Assembly: GCF_006345805.1 (NCBI RefSeq)
Contig: NC_043017.1
Coordinates: forward strand, 22,196,001 to 22,260,000
Direction of reading: 5' to 3'
DNA: 64,000 nt
Origin: Octopus sinensis
Lineage: Eukaryota
The position numbers and the translations under genes are program-made. How positions within the stretch are numbered: the first letter of the stretch is position 1; each line of letters starts with the position of its first letter. The notes beneath the pieces were generated by a model, which made no database searches, had not been told where the DNA came from, and saw nothing but the letters and a program-made list of their open reading frames with translations. This document shows positions 13,167-26,090 of this stretch, one piece after another.

Positions 13167-13342
13167 CCCCTTACCCAGCAGAAACGAATATATACGTTTT
13201 GACCTAAATCGTTTTTTTCTATCTCTGGCGAGTTAACTCGTCAAAAGATAGACTCGCCAAAATCGACAATTAAAAAATAAAACAATTAAAAAATATGTCT
13301 GAAAAAATACATTTATTTTCAAAATAATTGTTGGGTAAGGGG
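13167..13342. mobile_element. piggyBac-type MITE
   Basis: TTAA on both sides (13163-13166, 13343-13346); TIRs CCCCTTACCCAGCA / TGTTGGGTAAGGGG. Confidence 0.85.
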
Positions 13343-13869
13343 TTAAGTAGTTCTAAGCTGGTGATTCCAAGTGGAGATAAAATGTGAGTAAGAAGGGATT
13401 CCTTGAGAGATAACATTGAAAGAGGAGTAATGATGACACGGATTATAAAAGGGCCTGCAGATAATATACACAATGTACATGAAAGGAGAAGAAGAAATAA
13501 GAGGGTCGAGAGTCCTTGTCTGAGTAGAAAGTGCACAAGGTCAACCGTCACTGAGAAGCAAAACCATTATTACAGTGGTAGGCAAGGCCTGAAGTTGTAG
13601 CGTGTTGGTAGATGATAGATGACTTCAGGCCAGCCAATTAACTTGCCATTTTACTTTTATGCATGCAGGCATACATGCATATATAACATGCAGGAATACA
13701 TACATACATAACATACATCTATATAAATAGATGATAGAGAATGGAATGAACAACATTATTTATTTACAATCACTACAATCGTTTCGACACATTTCTGCAT
13801 TCGTAGTACATTGGATGAGCTTTGCATAACATTTTATAAGTTTTTGCCTTAATCTTTTTTAGCTAATAC

Positions 13870-13890
13870 ACACACATACATACATATACA

Positions 13891-13921
<31 letters not shown>

Positions 13922-13950
13922 TACATATACATATATATATATACATATAT

Positions 13951-13993
<43 letters not shown>

Positions 13994-14092
13994 ATACATA
14001 TACATATATATATACATATATATATACTATATATATATATATATATATATATATTCATATATATATATATATATATATATCATATATATATA

Positions 14093-14166
<74 letters not shown>

Positions 14167-14362
14167 ATAACATATACATATATATATACATATACATATA
14201 TATATACATATAATATATATAATATACATATATATATATACATATATATATATACATATATATATATACAATATATATATATATACAAATATACATATAT
14301 ATAATATACATATATATATACATATATATATATACATATATATATTACATATATATATATAT

Positions 14363-14393
<31 letters not shown>

Positions 14394-14439
14394 CAAATAT
14401 ATATATATACAAATATATATATATATATATAATATATAT

Positions 14440-14497
<58 letters not shown>

Positions 14498-14520
14498 TAT
14501 GTATGCATGTATGTATGTAA
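13870..14520. repeat. (TA)n/TACA microsatellite
   Basis: Directly visible. Confidence 0.95.
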
Positions 14521-14996
14521 GTATATAAATGAGTGTGTGTGTGTATATATGCAATAATTATAATGATAAACAATATGGGGATTAGTAAATGCTAATTGAT
14601 ACAGTTAGCCATAACCTGGAACATAACTGAGAGCTACCACAGTATCCATCCAGATAATATATATCCCCCTAAACTCACATAATTTATATAAACACACACA
14701 CACCAACTCCAAAACGTGTTCTGGAAGGTGCAACATGCGACCACAAGATATAGGCACAGTAGATTCATGTTCCCATTAATCTCGTATCACTGAAGCATTC
14801 TGACAACCCCCATAACATCAGAGAGGCTACTGTGTAGTGTGTGTGTGTGTGTGTGTGTATGTGTGTGTGTATGTAAATGTGTGTGCGTGTGTATGTGTGT
14901 GTATGTATATGTATGCGCGTGTGTATGTGTGTGTATGTGTGTATGTATATGTGTGCACGTGTGTGTGTATGTGTGTATGTGTATATATATATGTGT

Positions 14997-15042
<46 letters not shown>

Positions 15043-15432
15043 ATATAGCTAATAAGTTGACAGCCTTTCTAGCATCCTTGAAGTCTTTCGGAATGGCTGC
15101 TTCATATAATGATGCTTTGTCGTCATCTGTGCCAAAATATTCATTCTCATAGAAGTGTAATAAAGGAATTAACAACAATGCGATGTTTGGTTAGTATGTG
15201 GTAACCAATTAGTAGAAGACTGTAACAATCAAATGAATTGACTTCAATATGGTCGTGCTGGTACAATATTTCATTGAGCGCAAAGAGATATTTCAAATAT
15301 CTTACCCAGCAAAATTTCAATGCAAGCAAAATTTCAATGCAAGAAAGAGACAGAGAGAGAGAGGGGGAGAAAGATTTAAATACTGAGATTCATTTGTGCT
15401 TTTGTCAAATGATGATGATGATGATGATTATA

Positions 15433-15970
15433 ATGGGGCTACAGCAAATATTCTGACTTCTGATCTTAACTGATTGGAAGTGTTATCATGTACATTGTTT
15501 TGTCTTGGTATAAAAGATGGGCTACAGCAAATATTCTGCTCAATACCACAGATTTGCTTGTCAGTTGTTTGACCTTAACCAGTTGACCATGTCCCTTAGT
15601 GGCTGACAATATGTGCATCTCTGATCACGTACAGTAGTAGTGGGGGGCATCATAGCCGTGGGTTGAGAGGGATTCTTTGGGGTTTGAATAATTCACCTCT
15701 GAAAAAATGGATGTTTCACTGAACATCCTTAAACAACCCTTATTCAGGGACCTTTTGAGCAGGATGGGCTACTTGACCTGAAAAAAATTCTAACTGGGCC
15801 CCACCTGCAAGGTCATGCACTGTTTATCGTGTTATAAGATTACTATGCTGCATACATTTATGTGGGAGATGCATGTGCCTGGTGTACATGCATCACATGA
15901 TGGGTGTATTAGGCTTTGTATATTCGTACCCCAGAACCACTTTGATGGTATGTGCTGCTCTCTCTCACTC
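15433..15970. mobile_element. Unclassified insertion between (GAT)n and (AAT)n tracts, probably a non-LTR 3' fragment
   Basis: Complex sequence bounded by trinucleotide tracts; GGGCTACAGCAAATATTCTG duplicated at about 15436 and 15519. Confidence 0.4.
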
Positions 15971-16019
<49 letters not shown>

Positions 16020-16668
16020 TGGGGATGGGAGGAGAGGGCGAGAGGAAGTGAGGAGGGGGAAGAGGAAGAGGAGAAGAAGAAGAAGAAGAAGAAGAAGAAG
16101 AAGAAAAGAAGAAGAAATGATCAATAAAAGACTTGTCGTTAATACCATTTTGCTTATTATAAACCTATGACCTATTAATTCTGAAGCTACTTCCATTAAA
16201 TTCACCAACAACGCTTCTGATTAACCTCTAACAATGTTTACCATTTATAATTTACTAATTGTTTAATTATTACCTTAGAGAGGATTATTTTATTAACAAA
16301 AGCTAGTGAGGAAAAAAAAAAACACTCGCATTTGACACCTAAATTAACAAAGCATTAGGAATCGTTCAGTAATAATTATTTAGTATACTATGAAGACAAT
16401 TCATTATTTTTCTGCACTACATGAGGAAAATTGATGTGTGTGTGTGTGTGTGTGTGTATGTGTGCGTATGTGTGTATGTGTATGTATGGCATTTATTCAT
16501 AGATGTACACACGTGTGTGTGACACATTTTTCAAGCACAGGTTGATACTGCATATTGTCTAATTTGAATAGAAACGATATCTAATAACTTATTAATCAGC
16601 AATATCATTCATAAAATACATCCATCGTAATGAGAAGGAAGTCGATGCATTATATATAACACTGTATA

Positions 16669-16866
16669 AGGCAGTGAGCTGGCAGAAACGTTAGCATGCC
16701 AGGTGAAATGCTAAGCAGTATTTCGTCTGTCTTTACGTTCTGAGTTCAAATTCTGCCAAGGTCAACTACGCCTTCAGAGATGATAAATTCTGTACCAGTT
16801 GCTTACTGGGGTTGATCTAATTGACTGGTCCCTCCCCCAAAATCTCAGGCCTTGTGCCTGGAGTAG
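16669..16866 (+). mobile_element. SINE family B, diverged copy
   Basis: GAGCTGGCAGAAACGTTAG..GAGTTCAAATTC homologous to 44243-44473. Confidence 0.75.
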
Positions 16867-17031
16867 AAAAGAACATATTTTACTGTATATGGATAGACAG
16901 GTGGCTGAATGGATATCTTGTTTTGGGTGCCACTGGCACAGATCCATTTATGCAGCACCAGAACAGGTGCTTTTTTTGCACCTAAAAGGACAAGTTTGTA
17001 TGTGTGGAAGACAAAATTTTTTTATATATAT

Positions 17032-17421
17032 CAGGAGTGGCTGTGTGGTAAGTTGCTTGCTTCCCAACCACATGGTTCCAGATTCAGTCCCATTCTGTGG
17101 CACCTTGGGCAAGTGTCTTCTACTGTAGCCTCGGGCTGACCAAAGACTTGTGAGTGGATTTGGTAGAGGGGAAACTGAAAGAAGCCTGTCATATATATGT
17201 CTGTGAGTGTGTGTGTTTGTGTTTGTGTGTTTGTCCCCACATCATCGATTGACAACCGATACTGGTGTTTTTACGTCCCCGTAACTTAGCGGTTCGGCAA
17301 AAGAAACTAATAGAATAAGTACTGAGCTTACAAAGAATAAGTCCTGGGGTCGATTTGTTCAACTAAAGGCAATGCTCCAGCATGGCCACAGTCAAATGAC
17401 TGAAACAAGTAAAAGAGTAAA
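17032..17421 (+). mobile_element. SINE family A
   Basis: Homologous to 11130-11547. Confidence 0.85.
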
Positions 17422-17459
17422 TATATATATATATATATACACATATATATACATATGTA

Positions 17460-17504
<45 letters not shown>

Positions 17505-17509
17505 CACAA

Positions 17510-17769
17510 GGGTTTTCTCTCATTTGATAATGGGGCTGGAAGAAGGTTCATGGCAGGCCCCATGCCAGATGGCTGGACATGATTAAGGAAGTTCTCCAGA
17601 GGCTCAGCATCACCATGGAAGATGCCGAGGGGCTGGCACAGAACCATCAGCAATAGAGAACACTGGTGGACCGAGTCAGCGCTATGCATGGTGACATCTG
17701 TAGGACCACTATCTAGGGATGACCCCCACCAGCCCCATCAAGCAAACGATGAAACAAGCAAGAAGCAAG
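17510..17769 (+). mobile_element. RTE LINE 3' fragment
   Basis: Encodes GRPHARWLDMIKE (RTE C-terminal GRP..RW.D motif); ends in an AAGC-type tail. Confidence 0.6.
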
Positions 17770-18014
17770 TATATCTATATGTACGAGGAGGGCTGAAAAG
17801 TTCATAGTCTGACTAAGAAGGAGTGATGCTAGAGCTGTGAAATCTTGCCTTAATTTCAAATCTTCTTACAGTACTGTGTAGCATAGCACATCTCAGAATG
17901 TAAAGAACTCAAAGAAATATTCCAAGTCAGTTGATCTGATGCCCTACCGATTCTGCCATTCCATTATTTCCAAACCAATACTGACACTGAGAGCAGCATT
18001 AGTAACAATAGTTG

Positions 18015-18360
18015 TTATCATCATCATCATCATCATCATCATCCTGTTGTGCTTATTGCATGAATTTCCCCAACCCATTCTCTCTAGCCTGTTCAATCCA
18101 TCATTACAGGTAGTAGGTCTTCTCAGGTGCACTTGGAGTCCTTGCCCAGTTGCTTTACGTAGATTCAATGTGGTCTACCAGCATTTGCATATCCATGCTT
18201 CTGTTCCCAAAGTGGAACATTGCTGATGATCCCATCCTTTGATCTCCAGTAATGTCCAGTAAATCTTGTTCTTCTTTCTCTGATGACATGTGACATTGGT
18301 GGTAAATTACTACAGAGAAGCTCAGTTTTCAGGTGTTGTGCCCAGGAAATGTCCAAAAGT
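18015..18360 (-). mobile_element. RTE-clade LINE 3' fragment
   Basis: ISWAQHLKTELLCSNLPPMSHVIRERRTRFTGHYWRS plus (GAT)n tail on the minus strand. Confidence 0.7.
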
Positions 18361-19410
18361 TGTTGACCTCTCTAAATGGTTGCTGAATTAACTTTCTCAA
18401 GCTTGAATATAACGGTCATGGTCAGGCAGAATCATTATGGTATCAGAAAAATGCTTGGCAGTTTTTAACTTAGTTGCAACATTTTATGTTTGATAAAATA
18501 AAAAAATATTTTTAAAAAATAATAAAATCAATCAAGCATTACCAGAATCAATTCCTGTAAAACATTCTAGATGTGAATGGAACAAGAATCGATATTGCCA
18601 TGCTACTACATTTGTGGTGGTCATTTAAAGAAAAAAAATTTCTTTTAAAAAAAGGGCAAGAAATAAAATATAAAAAGCAGTTTGCTACAAATCCATCCCT
18701 TTCAAATAAATACAGCAAAAGCAGTGGCCATTTTCAAACTGATGGACATTCTATTCTAGTGATTGATGTCTGCTGCTGCTGATGAAACTGATCAATAAAC
18801 AGTTGTTTGCCTTCTTATTGACCTGCAGGGTCTAATTTCAGGACAGTATTGATGGAACTTACGCTTAAAGGAATTAATTAGACAAGAGCGAAACGCATCG
18901 AAAGGTCTGACCCAAGGTTAAGCTTCAGGTGAAGAGGGCTTGTTAGTTATCAAAACTACTTCAATAATAAAAAAAAAAAAAACATACTTTTTCCAATAGA
19001 AATGAGAAGTTTATAGCCTAAGTCTTTCCATGCACCAAATGGAAGTTCGTTCTAAATTGATTTTTTTTTTTATGTATTTAGCCGCATTGAGGATTTTATA
19101 TCAGTGTTTTACGACTCTTCAGCAGAATGTGATTTTGATTTCGATGAGATTTCACTGTTGCACAGCCTTCTTTTTTGTATTTATTGTTCATTTATTTAAT
19201 GTATTTTTCTGGTGGTGGAGAGGAATATAAATGCATTTTGCAGTTTCATAGAATTTCAGTGACCATGATGACTATGAGTGGACAATGGTCAATTCATTTA
19301 TCTGTTACTATATATACTATCTACACCCTATTTACTTGTGCATATGTATGTGTGTGAGTGTGTGTTTATGTATGTGTGTATGTATATACAGGCTGCAGTG
19401 AATAAACTGT

Positions 19411-19725
19411 GAGGTATACTTGCCATCTCAATATGGCTAACCACTAAGGGTGGGTGTTACTGTAGCTTGTAGTCCCAGGAGAACATCGTCTCCAGCTGGC
19501 TTTAGGCACACTTTCTGTGCCCTTATGGTATTTGCAAAGGGAGGTCACCCTTCCCTCGTCAACCTAAGTGATACGCACGGACCGCAGTTTCTAGGTTTTG
19601 ACCTGTCCTGGGGCTACAAGCTACAGTAACACCCACCCTTAGTGGTTAGACATATTGAAATGGCAAGTATACCTCACATTGTCGTGCAGTTACTGTTTAT
19701 ACCTCATTCAGAGATTTATTATTGG
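19411..19725. mobile_element. Second copy of the 10451 retrozyme/PLE-like family with inverted architecture
   Basis: ~70-bp inverted arms 19409-19480 / 19606-19678; truncated HHR on the minus strand (GAAACTGCGGTC); flanked by direct repeat gtgaataaactgt at 19398-19410 / 19726-19738. Confidence 0.75.
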
Positions 19726-19884
19726 GTGAATAAACTGTTATCTAAATTATGCAAAAAAGAAAATAGCACTGACATCTCATTTTAGTAGATGCATTTACTA
19801 AAATTACATAAAATTATCTTGAAATACTAAGCAGCAAATTGCAATAAAATCGTCATTGGCTTCAATCATGGGCTCCAGACGACT

Positions 19885-20331
19885 TCAGAATCTTCTGCAA
19901 CTCTTCTGAATGGTCTCCTTGTTTAAGTCAGTGAATGCTGCCATAATCCTTGCCTTCAATTCATCTTTGGTGTTACAATGAGTTTTGTTGATCCCTCGAT
20001 CATCTGCGTCCCGCACATAATAATCTAGGGGGTTAAAGTCTGGGGAGTTAGGTAGCCAGATGTTAGGGATGATGTGGTTGCAGAAATTGTCTAACAGCCA
20101 TGACTGGGTTCTCCTGCTTGTGTGGCATGGTGCAAAGTCCTGTTGCCAGACATAAGGTCTTCCAGCAGCCACCCTCTTCACCCAGAGCAGCACTACATCC
20201 TCCAAGCACATGATGTAGGCCTCTGTGTTGAGTCTATGGCCATGGGGGAAGACAAGTGGAGGCATAACATTGCCATCACTAGTGATCACTCTAAACACCA
20301 TGATGTTGACTGGATATTTGATTTTTATCAC
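19885..20331 (-). pseudogene. Tc1/mariner DD37D (maT-type) transposase remnant
   Basis: WQQDFAPCH..WLPNSPDFNPLDY with 37 residues between the second and third catalytic Asp; N-terminus disrupted. Confidence 0.9.
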
Positions 20332-20558
20332 TCTCAGTACATGTCTTCAGATTCCCACACAAATACTCTGAAATGTTCGTATTGGAGCTTCTGGCACAAA
20401 TGCCAAGCAGTAAAGCATGTTGTTTCCAAATTTCCAGCAGAGTGAATTGCATAATGAGGTTGTTTTTTTTTTCACAGAAGCTGTCCAACTGACCTTATAT
20501 TGTGTAACCGACAAAATTAAAAACGAACAATGCACATGCATGAAATTAAAAATATAAT

Positions 20559-20795
20559 CCGACCGTGGCTGTTTGCCAGCCCCGTCTGGCACCTGTGCCG
20601 GTGGCACGTAAAAAGCACCCACTACACTCACGGAGCGGTTGGCGTTAGGAAGGGCATCCAGCCGTAGAAACATTGCCAGATCAGACTGGTGCCTGGTGCA
20701 GCCTTCTGGCTTCCCAGACCCCAGTTGAGCCGTCCAACCCATGCTAGCATGGAAAACGGACGCTAAACGATGATGATGATGATGATGATGATGAT
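20559..20795 (+). mobile_element. Family D RTE 3' UTR fragment
   Basis: Homologous to 8185-8552; (GAT)n tail. Confidence 0.8.
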
Positions 20796-20852
20796 GGTAT
20801 CCTGTATATTGAGTTTTAATCTTGGTGCATGACTTTGCCTCACCCTGCATGT

Positions 20853-20892
<40 letters not shown>

Positions 20893-21205
20893 TTACATAC
20901 AATGGGCAACCACCCAGTTTCCATGCACCATATTCCACGCACAATGTATTAACAACACTGAGACTATGATAGAATTTATTTGACCAAAGTGTCATACAGT
21001 GTGATTGAACTTAGAACCACAGAGCTGAGAAACAGACTTCTTCAACACAGAGCTGTGTCTTGTCATGTGTCACATTCTATCACTAATTCAATGGGAATAC
21101 AAGTGACCGTTCGTTGAGATAACTACACCAATGTTGTTGCTTCTTGGCAACATTTGGCAACATTTGAATTATTACATGAATAAATGTTTGCTGTTATTAA
21201 ATAAA

Positions 21206-21418
21206 TATTTCTTTATTGCCCACAAGGGGCTAAACATAGAGGGGACAAACAAGGACAGACAAAGAGATTAAGTCAATTACATCGACCGCAGTGCGAAACT
21301 GGTAATTTATTTATCGACCCCGAAAGGATGAAAGGCAAAGTCGACCTTGGCGGAATTTGAACTCAGAACCTAACGACAGATGAAATACCACTAAGCATGT
21401 CTGCCAGCTTGCCACCTT
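21206..21418 (-). mobile_element. SINE family B
   Basis: Reverse complement of 44243-44473. Confidence 0.8.
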
Positions 21419-22134
21419 CGCTGTTAACCCATGCTAGCATGGAAAATGGACGTTAAACGATGATGATGATGACTCTTTCACTTGTTCAGTGCTTCTGTTG
21501 CTTTCATCTAACCATATTTTGGGAAACCCCTTAAAAGTGAAACCATAAATCTAGATATATTGACAGATGTCAGTAAACAGGTTTATTGATGACACTCTAG
21601 GTTGAGTTAACTATTCTAAGAGTTACGACTATGTTGATATAAAACTCAGAATAATTAAGCACAAAAGAATTAAGAAATGGTTTGAGAAAAGCAGAAAAAT
21701 AAGCAACTTCAGGTTTGGTTTTACATCAGTAAAATGACTTTAGGGCTTTAGGATTTCCAGTTCAAATTTTGATGATTCTATAAGTCTATAAGAGTTTAAA
21801 ATGGGTGTTCCCAGGATGGGGTGTCAGTACTTGGGTAAAAGGGTAAAGACCTCCTTCAGTCATGAATGACCATGGAATTGCACCTACAAAGTTCCCCTAT
21901 GTGGCACAAGTCTGGGCAAGGTTGTTTATGGAAGACCGGTAGTTGCCCATGAGTACCAACCTTCCCTCTTTATGCCACTGATGTTGCCCAAGGAAAAGGC
22001 AAAGGCTGATACAGTTTGGCACCAGTTAGATCGCAAATCATTTCTACAGCTGAGTGAACTGGAGCAACATGAAATAAAGTGTCTTGCTCAAGAGCACAAT
22101 ATACTGCCTGGCCTGGGAATTGAATTCACTAACA

Positions 22135-22485
22135 ATGGCCGATGCCAGCGCCGCCTAGACTGGCTTCCATGCCGGTGGCACGTAAAAAACACCATCCGAA
22201 TGTGGCTGATGCCAGCGTTGCCTTGACTGGCTTCCGTGCCAGTGGCACGTAAAAAGCACCAATCCGATCGTGACCATTGCCAGCCTTGCCTGGCACCTGT
22301 GCCGGTGGCACGTAAAAAGCACCCACTAGACTCACAAAGTAGTTGGCATTAGGAAGGGCATCCAGCTGTAGAAATCCTGCCAGATCAGACTGGAGCTTGA
22401 GCAAGCCTCCTGGCTTCCCAGATCCCCGGTCGAACCGTCCAACCCATGCTAGCATGGAGAACGGACGTTAAACGATGATGATGAT
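22135..22485 (+). mobile_element. Family D RTE 3' UTR fragment
   Basis: Internal GGTGGCACGTAAAAAGCACC repeats and (GAT)n tail. Confidence 0.8.
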
Positions 22486-22639
22486 GGTGGTGGTGGTGAC
22501 AATGATGATGCTGTTGCTGTTGTACTCTCTTCTGTGTTTATTGATCATCAAAGCTGATAAGCAAAATATATTAGAGTACACAGAGTACATGACATGTATG
22601 TATGCAGTAACCCTTTTTTTTACAGTAATCGTTACTTAC

Positions 22640-22667
22640 GTTCCCTTTTGCAGGGGGTCACCCCCAT
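22640..22667 (-). CDS. Putative first coding segment MGVTPCKRE at the end of a possible ~930-nt exon (22640-23570)
   Basis: AGTATGG start context, in-frame stop 7 codons upstream, donor C|GTAAGT at 22639, acceptor TTTTTTGTTACTTTCAG| at 23571; no downstream exon identified. Confidence 0.3.
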
Positions 22668-23842
22668 ACTAACCAAACATTTCAATCATTTACAAAAGAC
22701 ATGAAATTGTTTTTTCAATGTCTCTAAATAATTGTAAAATCAATGGCAGATATTTTTGTAGAAATGCAAAAATTCATCACCAACATCTCCCAAGAGTGTG
22801 GGGCATAAAAATGGCTAGGAACCACTGGTCCCAAAATAAGAGTTATGTTCTTTGTTTCTTTAACACTGGATGTGACCTTACAGCTGTATTCAATCTCATC
22901 TGATGAGTTCTATCAAAGGATATCAGAGTAGTTAAATCAGAAGAATTTAATATTTCCAGTATTAAAGAACTATTTGCTGAAATGTTCTTCCCACTTTACT
23001 CCACCATATTTGCATCACATCTATCCTATCAATTCACTTCAAAGATTATCACACCTAACACTTCAACTGGAGTCTCTACATCCTTCAATATTTCAGTATT
23101 TCACACACACACACAGAAGCACACTTTCAATTCCATTTTATTAACTCAGACTTAGCTGACATCAAACAGAAATTCTGATGACTCAATTAAAATATTGTCG
23201 GCACATACATAAGGTGGGAAAGTATTAGCATGATCAGAGCCAAAATTAACGTTACTACCACCAACACCACCACCACCACCACCAATACTATCGCTATCAT
23301 AAGAGTAAGTCTATTGTAATCAGCATCAATCAGAGATATCACTGCCAGTTAAATTCACTAAAATCCATCAATATTACCATTACCACCACCAGTGCTATAA
23401 CCAAATACATATTAATGTTGTCACACCATATGCATGCATTTGTAAACACCATCATAAATACTATGGTTATACTGATTTTTACTCTGATACTGCCTCCATC
23501 TCAGTAAATCTCATCATAGTAAAATTAACCACACAGTTTTCTTTGCCTCTTCAACGTTATCACCTAACTTCTGAAAGTAACAAAAAATCCTTTTTCGCTA
23601 ATAATGCCGTTTTTTTTTGTTTTTTTTTTTGATTTTTTTGTTGCGTTTTTTACTACAAAAATAACAAACTATAATAAAAAATAAAGTATACGATATAAAA
23701 TATAATCAAAATTTACAAAAAAAAAAAGAAAAAGAAGAATCCGAAAGAAACACAATAATGTTGTTACCAATCTTGCCAGTAACAACACAGCGGAAATTCA
23801 ATTGAAGTGATATAAAACCAATTTCTTCAACTGCTTCTTTGT

Positions 23843-23886
23843 ATAACAACAACAACAACAATAGTAATAATAATAATAATAATAAC

Positions 23887-23924
<38 letters not shown>

Positions 23925-23934
23925 TAACAGTAAC

Positions 23935-23977
<43 letters not shown>

Positions 23978-23988
23978 GTAACAATAAC

Positions 23989-24022
<34 letters not shown>

Positions 24023-24119
24023 TAATAATAACAGTAACAATAACAATAATAATAATAATGATAATAATAATAATAATAATAATAATAACCGTAACAGTAA
24101 CAATAATAATAATAATAAC

Positions 24120-24151
<32 letters not shown>

Positions 24152-24188
24152 TAATAATAATAATGATAATAATAATAATGATAATAAT
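23843..24188. repeat. (AAT)n/(AAC)n microsatellite
   Basis: Directly visible. Confidence 0.95.
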
Positions 24189-24574
24189 TGTGCCAGACTA
24201 GTAGCGAGGCATATTTGAATAGAACAACACTAATAACAACAACAATAAGCAGTAGCAATGCCCATTATTTACCATTCCATTGCTTTACAGGTCAAACATA
24301 GAACAATCCGGAGATAATAGCATCAACCCATTTCTTTACACTTCCACAATCAACAAATATTTCCCCCCCCGTACCTTTTTATTTATTTTTTTTTTTTGCA
24401 TTTACTTAGTAAACATTTCTATTTCATTTCAACACAAGGCTTTTGTTATCATTCTGCTGTTTACTCTTCATTTCATCACCTTTCACCATCACATTTTCAT
24501 TTCACTCCATAAACATATGAGGTTTTTTTTATGTTTTTGTATTTTGTTTGATTTCTTTTGTGGATCTTTTTATT

Positions 24575-24575
24575 C

Positions 24576-24653
<78 letters not shown>

Positions 24654-24670
24654 CATTATTATTATTATTA

Positions 24671-24732
<62 letters not shown>

Positions 24733-24733
24733 T
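24575..24733. repeat. (ATT)n microsatellite
   Basis: Directly visible. Confidence 0.95.
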
Positions 24734-25366
24734 TGTTTTCTTTTGGCTGTATTTAAAAGAATTAGTGGTGACCAAACAATCGATGTGAGAGTGATAAATA
24801 TCCACTGAGCTGTGATTTAGTTTGATACAGTTCTTATTTACAGAGGCAGAAGGTTTCACTTCATCGACAACACCAAAGTACTTAGAAAAAGACTTGAGTC
24901 TCTTCACAGAATTACTTTATCTTGTATCTCTTCGTCATAACTCGGAGGACATCGAACTTTTGTAAAGAAACTGCCAAGCTCCACAAAATAGATTTGGTTA
25001 GTCAGTGACCTGAGTTCAGACCTCATTTTTCAGATCTTAATCAAAACCTTGTTGCTGCCACGCCCACCCACAACAAAAATAAATAAACTAAAAGTAAATA
25101 AATAAATAGACAAATAAAGAGGAAGGGAGGAAATAAATTGGTACTCCATCAGTTATGATGACAAGGGTTCCAGCTGATCCGATCAATGGGGCAGCTGGCT
25201 CTTGAAATTAATGTGCAACTGGTTGAGCACTCCACAGACAAGCATCCCCTTAATGTAGTTCTCAGGGAGATTCAGTGTGACACAGAATGGGACAAGGTTG
25301 GCCCTTTTACTTACAGGTACGACTCGTTTTGCCAGCTGAGTGGACTGAAGCAATGTGAAATAAGGT

Positions 25367-25521
25367 CCATTATTTACATTATTTACATTTGACAGATATT
25401 TGTCCTGATCTTGTTTGTTGTTAACACAACGTTTCAGCTGATATACCCACCAGCCTTCATCAGATGTCTTGGGGAAATTTCAAACTTGGGTTCTCATTCT
25501 TAATATATTTTTCGATGTTGA

Positions 25522-25562
<41 letters not shown>

Positions 25563-25639
25563 TCACTGCCTGGAATCAAACTCGAAATCTTGGGATAAGT
25601 AGCCTGTACTCTTAACCACTATGCCATATGCCCGTGTAC
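25367..25639 (-). mobile_element. tRNA-headed SINE carrying a minimal hammerhead ribozyme
   Basis: Head GGGCATATGGCATAGTGGTTAAGAG..GAGTTTGATTCC, then (AAT)n, body, HHR and an AAATGT-type tail; 10-bp TSD gaaataaggt at 25357-25366 / 25640-25649. Confidence 0.8.
25423..25468 (-). ncRNA. Minimal Type I hammerhead ribozyme with palindromic AACGTT helix III
   Basis: GACAT-CTGATGA-A-GGCTG-gtgggtatat-CAGCT-GAAAC-GTT-GTGTT. Confidence 0.7.
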
Positions 25640-26090
25640 GAAATAAGGTGTCTTGCTCAAAGACACAATGCACTGCCAGGAATTGAACTCATGACTCTGT
25701 GATCATGAACTGAACACCCTAACCACTACGCCACACGTCTCCACAATGGAGGAAATACAGGCTCCACAAACCACAGTAAAAACAACTTGTCAAGGAGATA
25801 AGTCTGAATAAAATATCGTACAGAACAATGGGGGATTCTTTGGTTCTGTCAGAGGCAACATCTGTAGTGTCATCAGCTTAATAAATTCACCTAGTCCATG
25901 TTGTGCAATTGTTAACATTAGAAAGGGCACTCTAGTGTAGCTAGAGTGTGTGCTGCCCAGGGTGGCCCTTCAGTTTGCTCCCCATCGCCACCCCGTGCCC
26001 CTAACAAAAGATACATATTGCCTACAGTAGACCCAAAAGTGGTGCCACCACTGGGCCCCCCAAAAAGATACTTATTGCTTACAGCAGACC

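Larger units (their letters stand above)
25140..25745 (-). mobile_element. Family C-related SINE, host of a nested insertion
   Basis: Homologous to 11793-12174; tRNA-like head at about 25670-25745; interrupted at 25367-25639. Confidence 0.7.
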
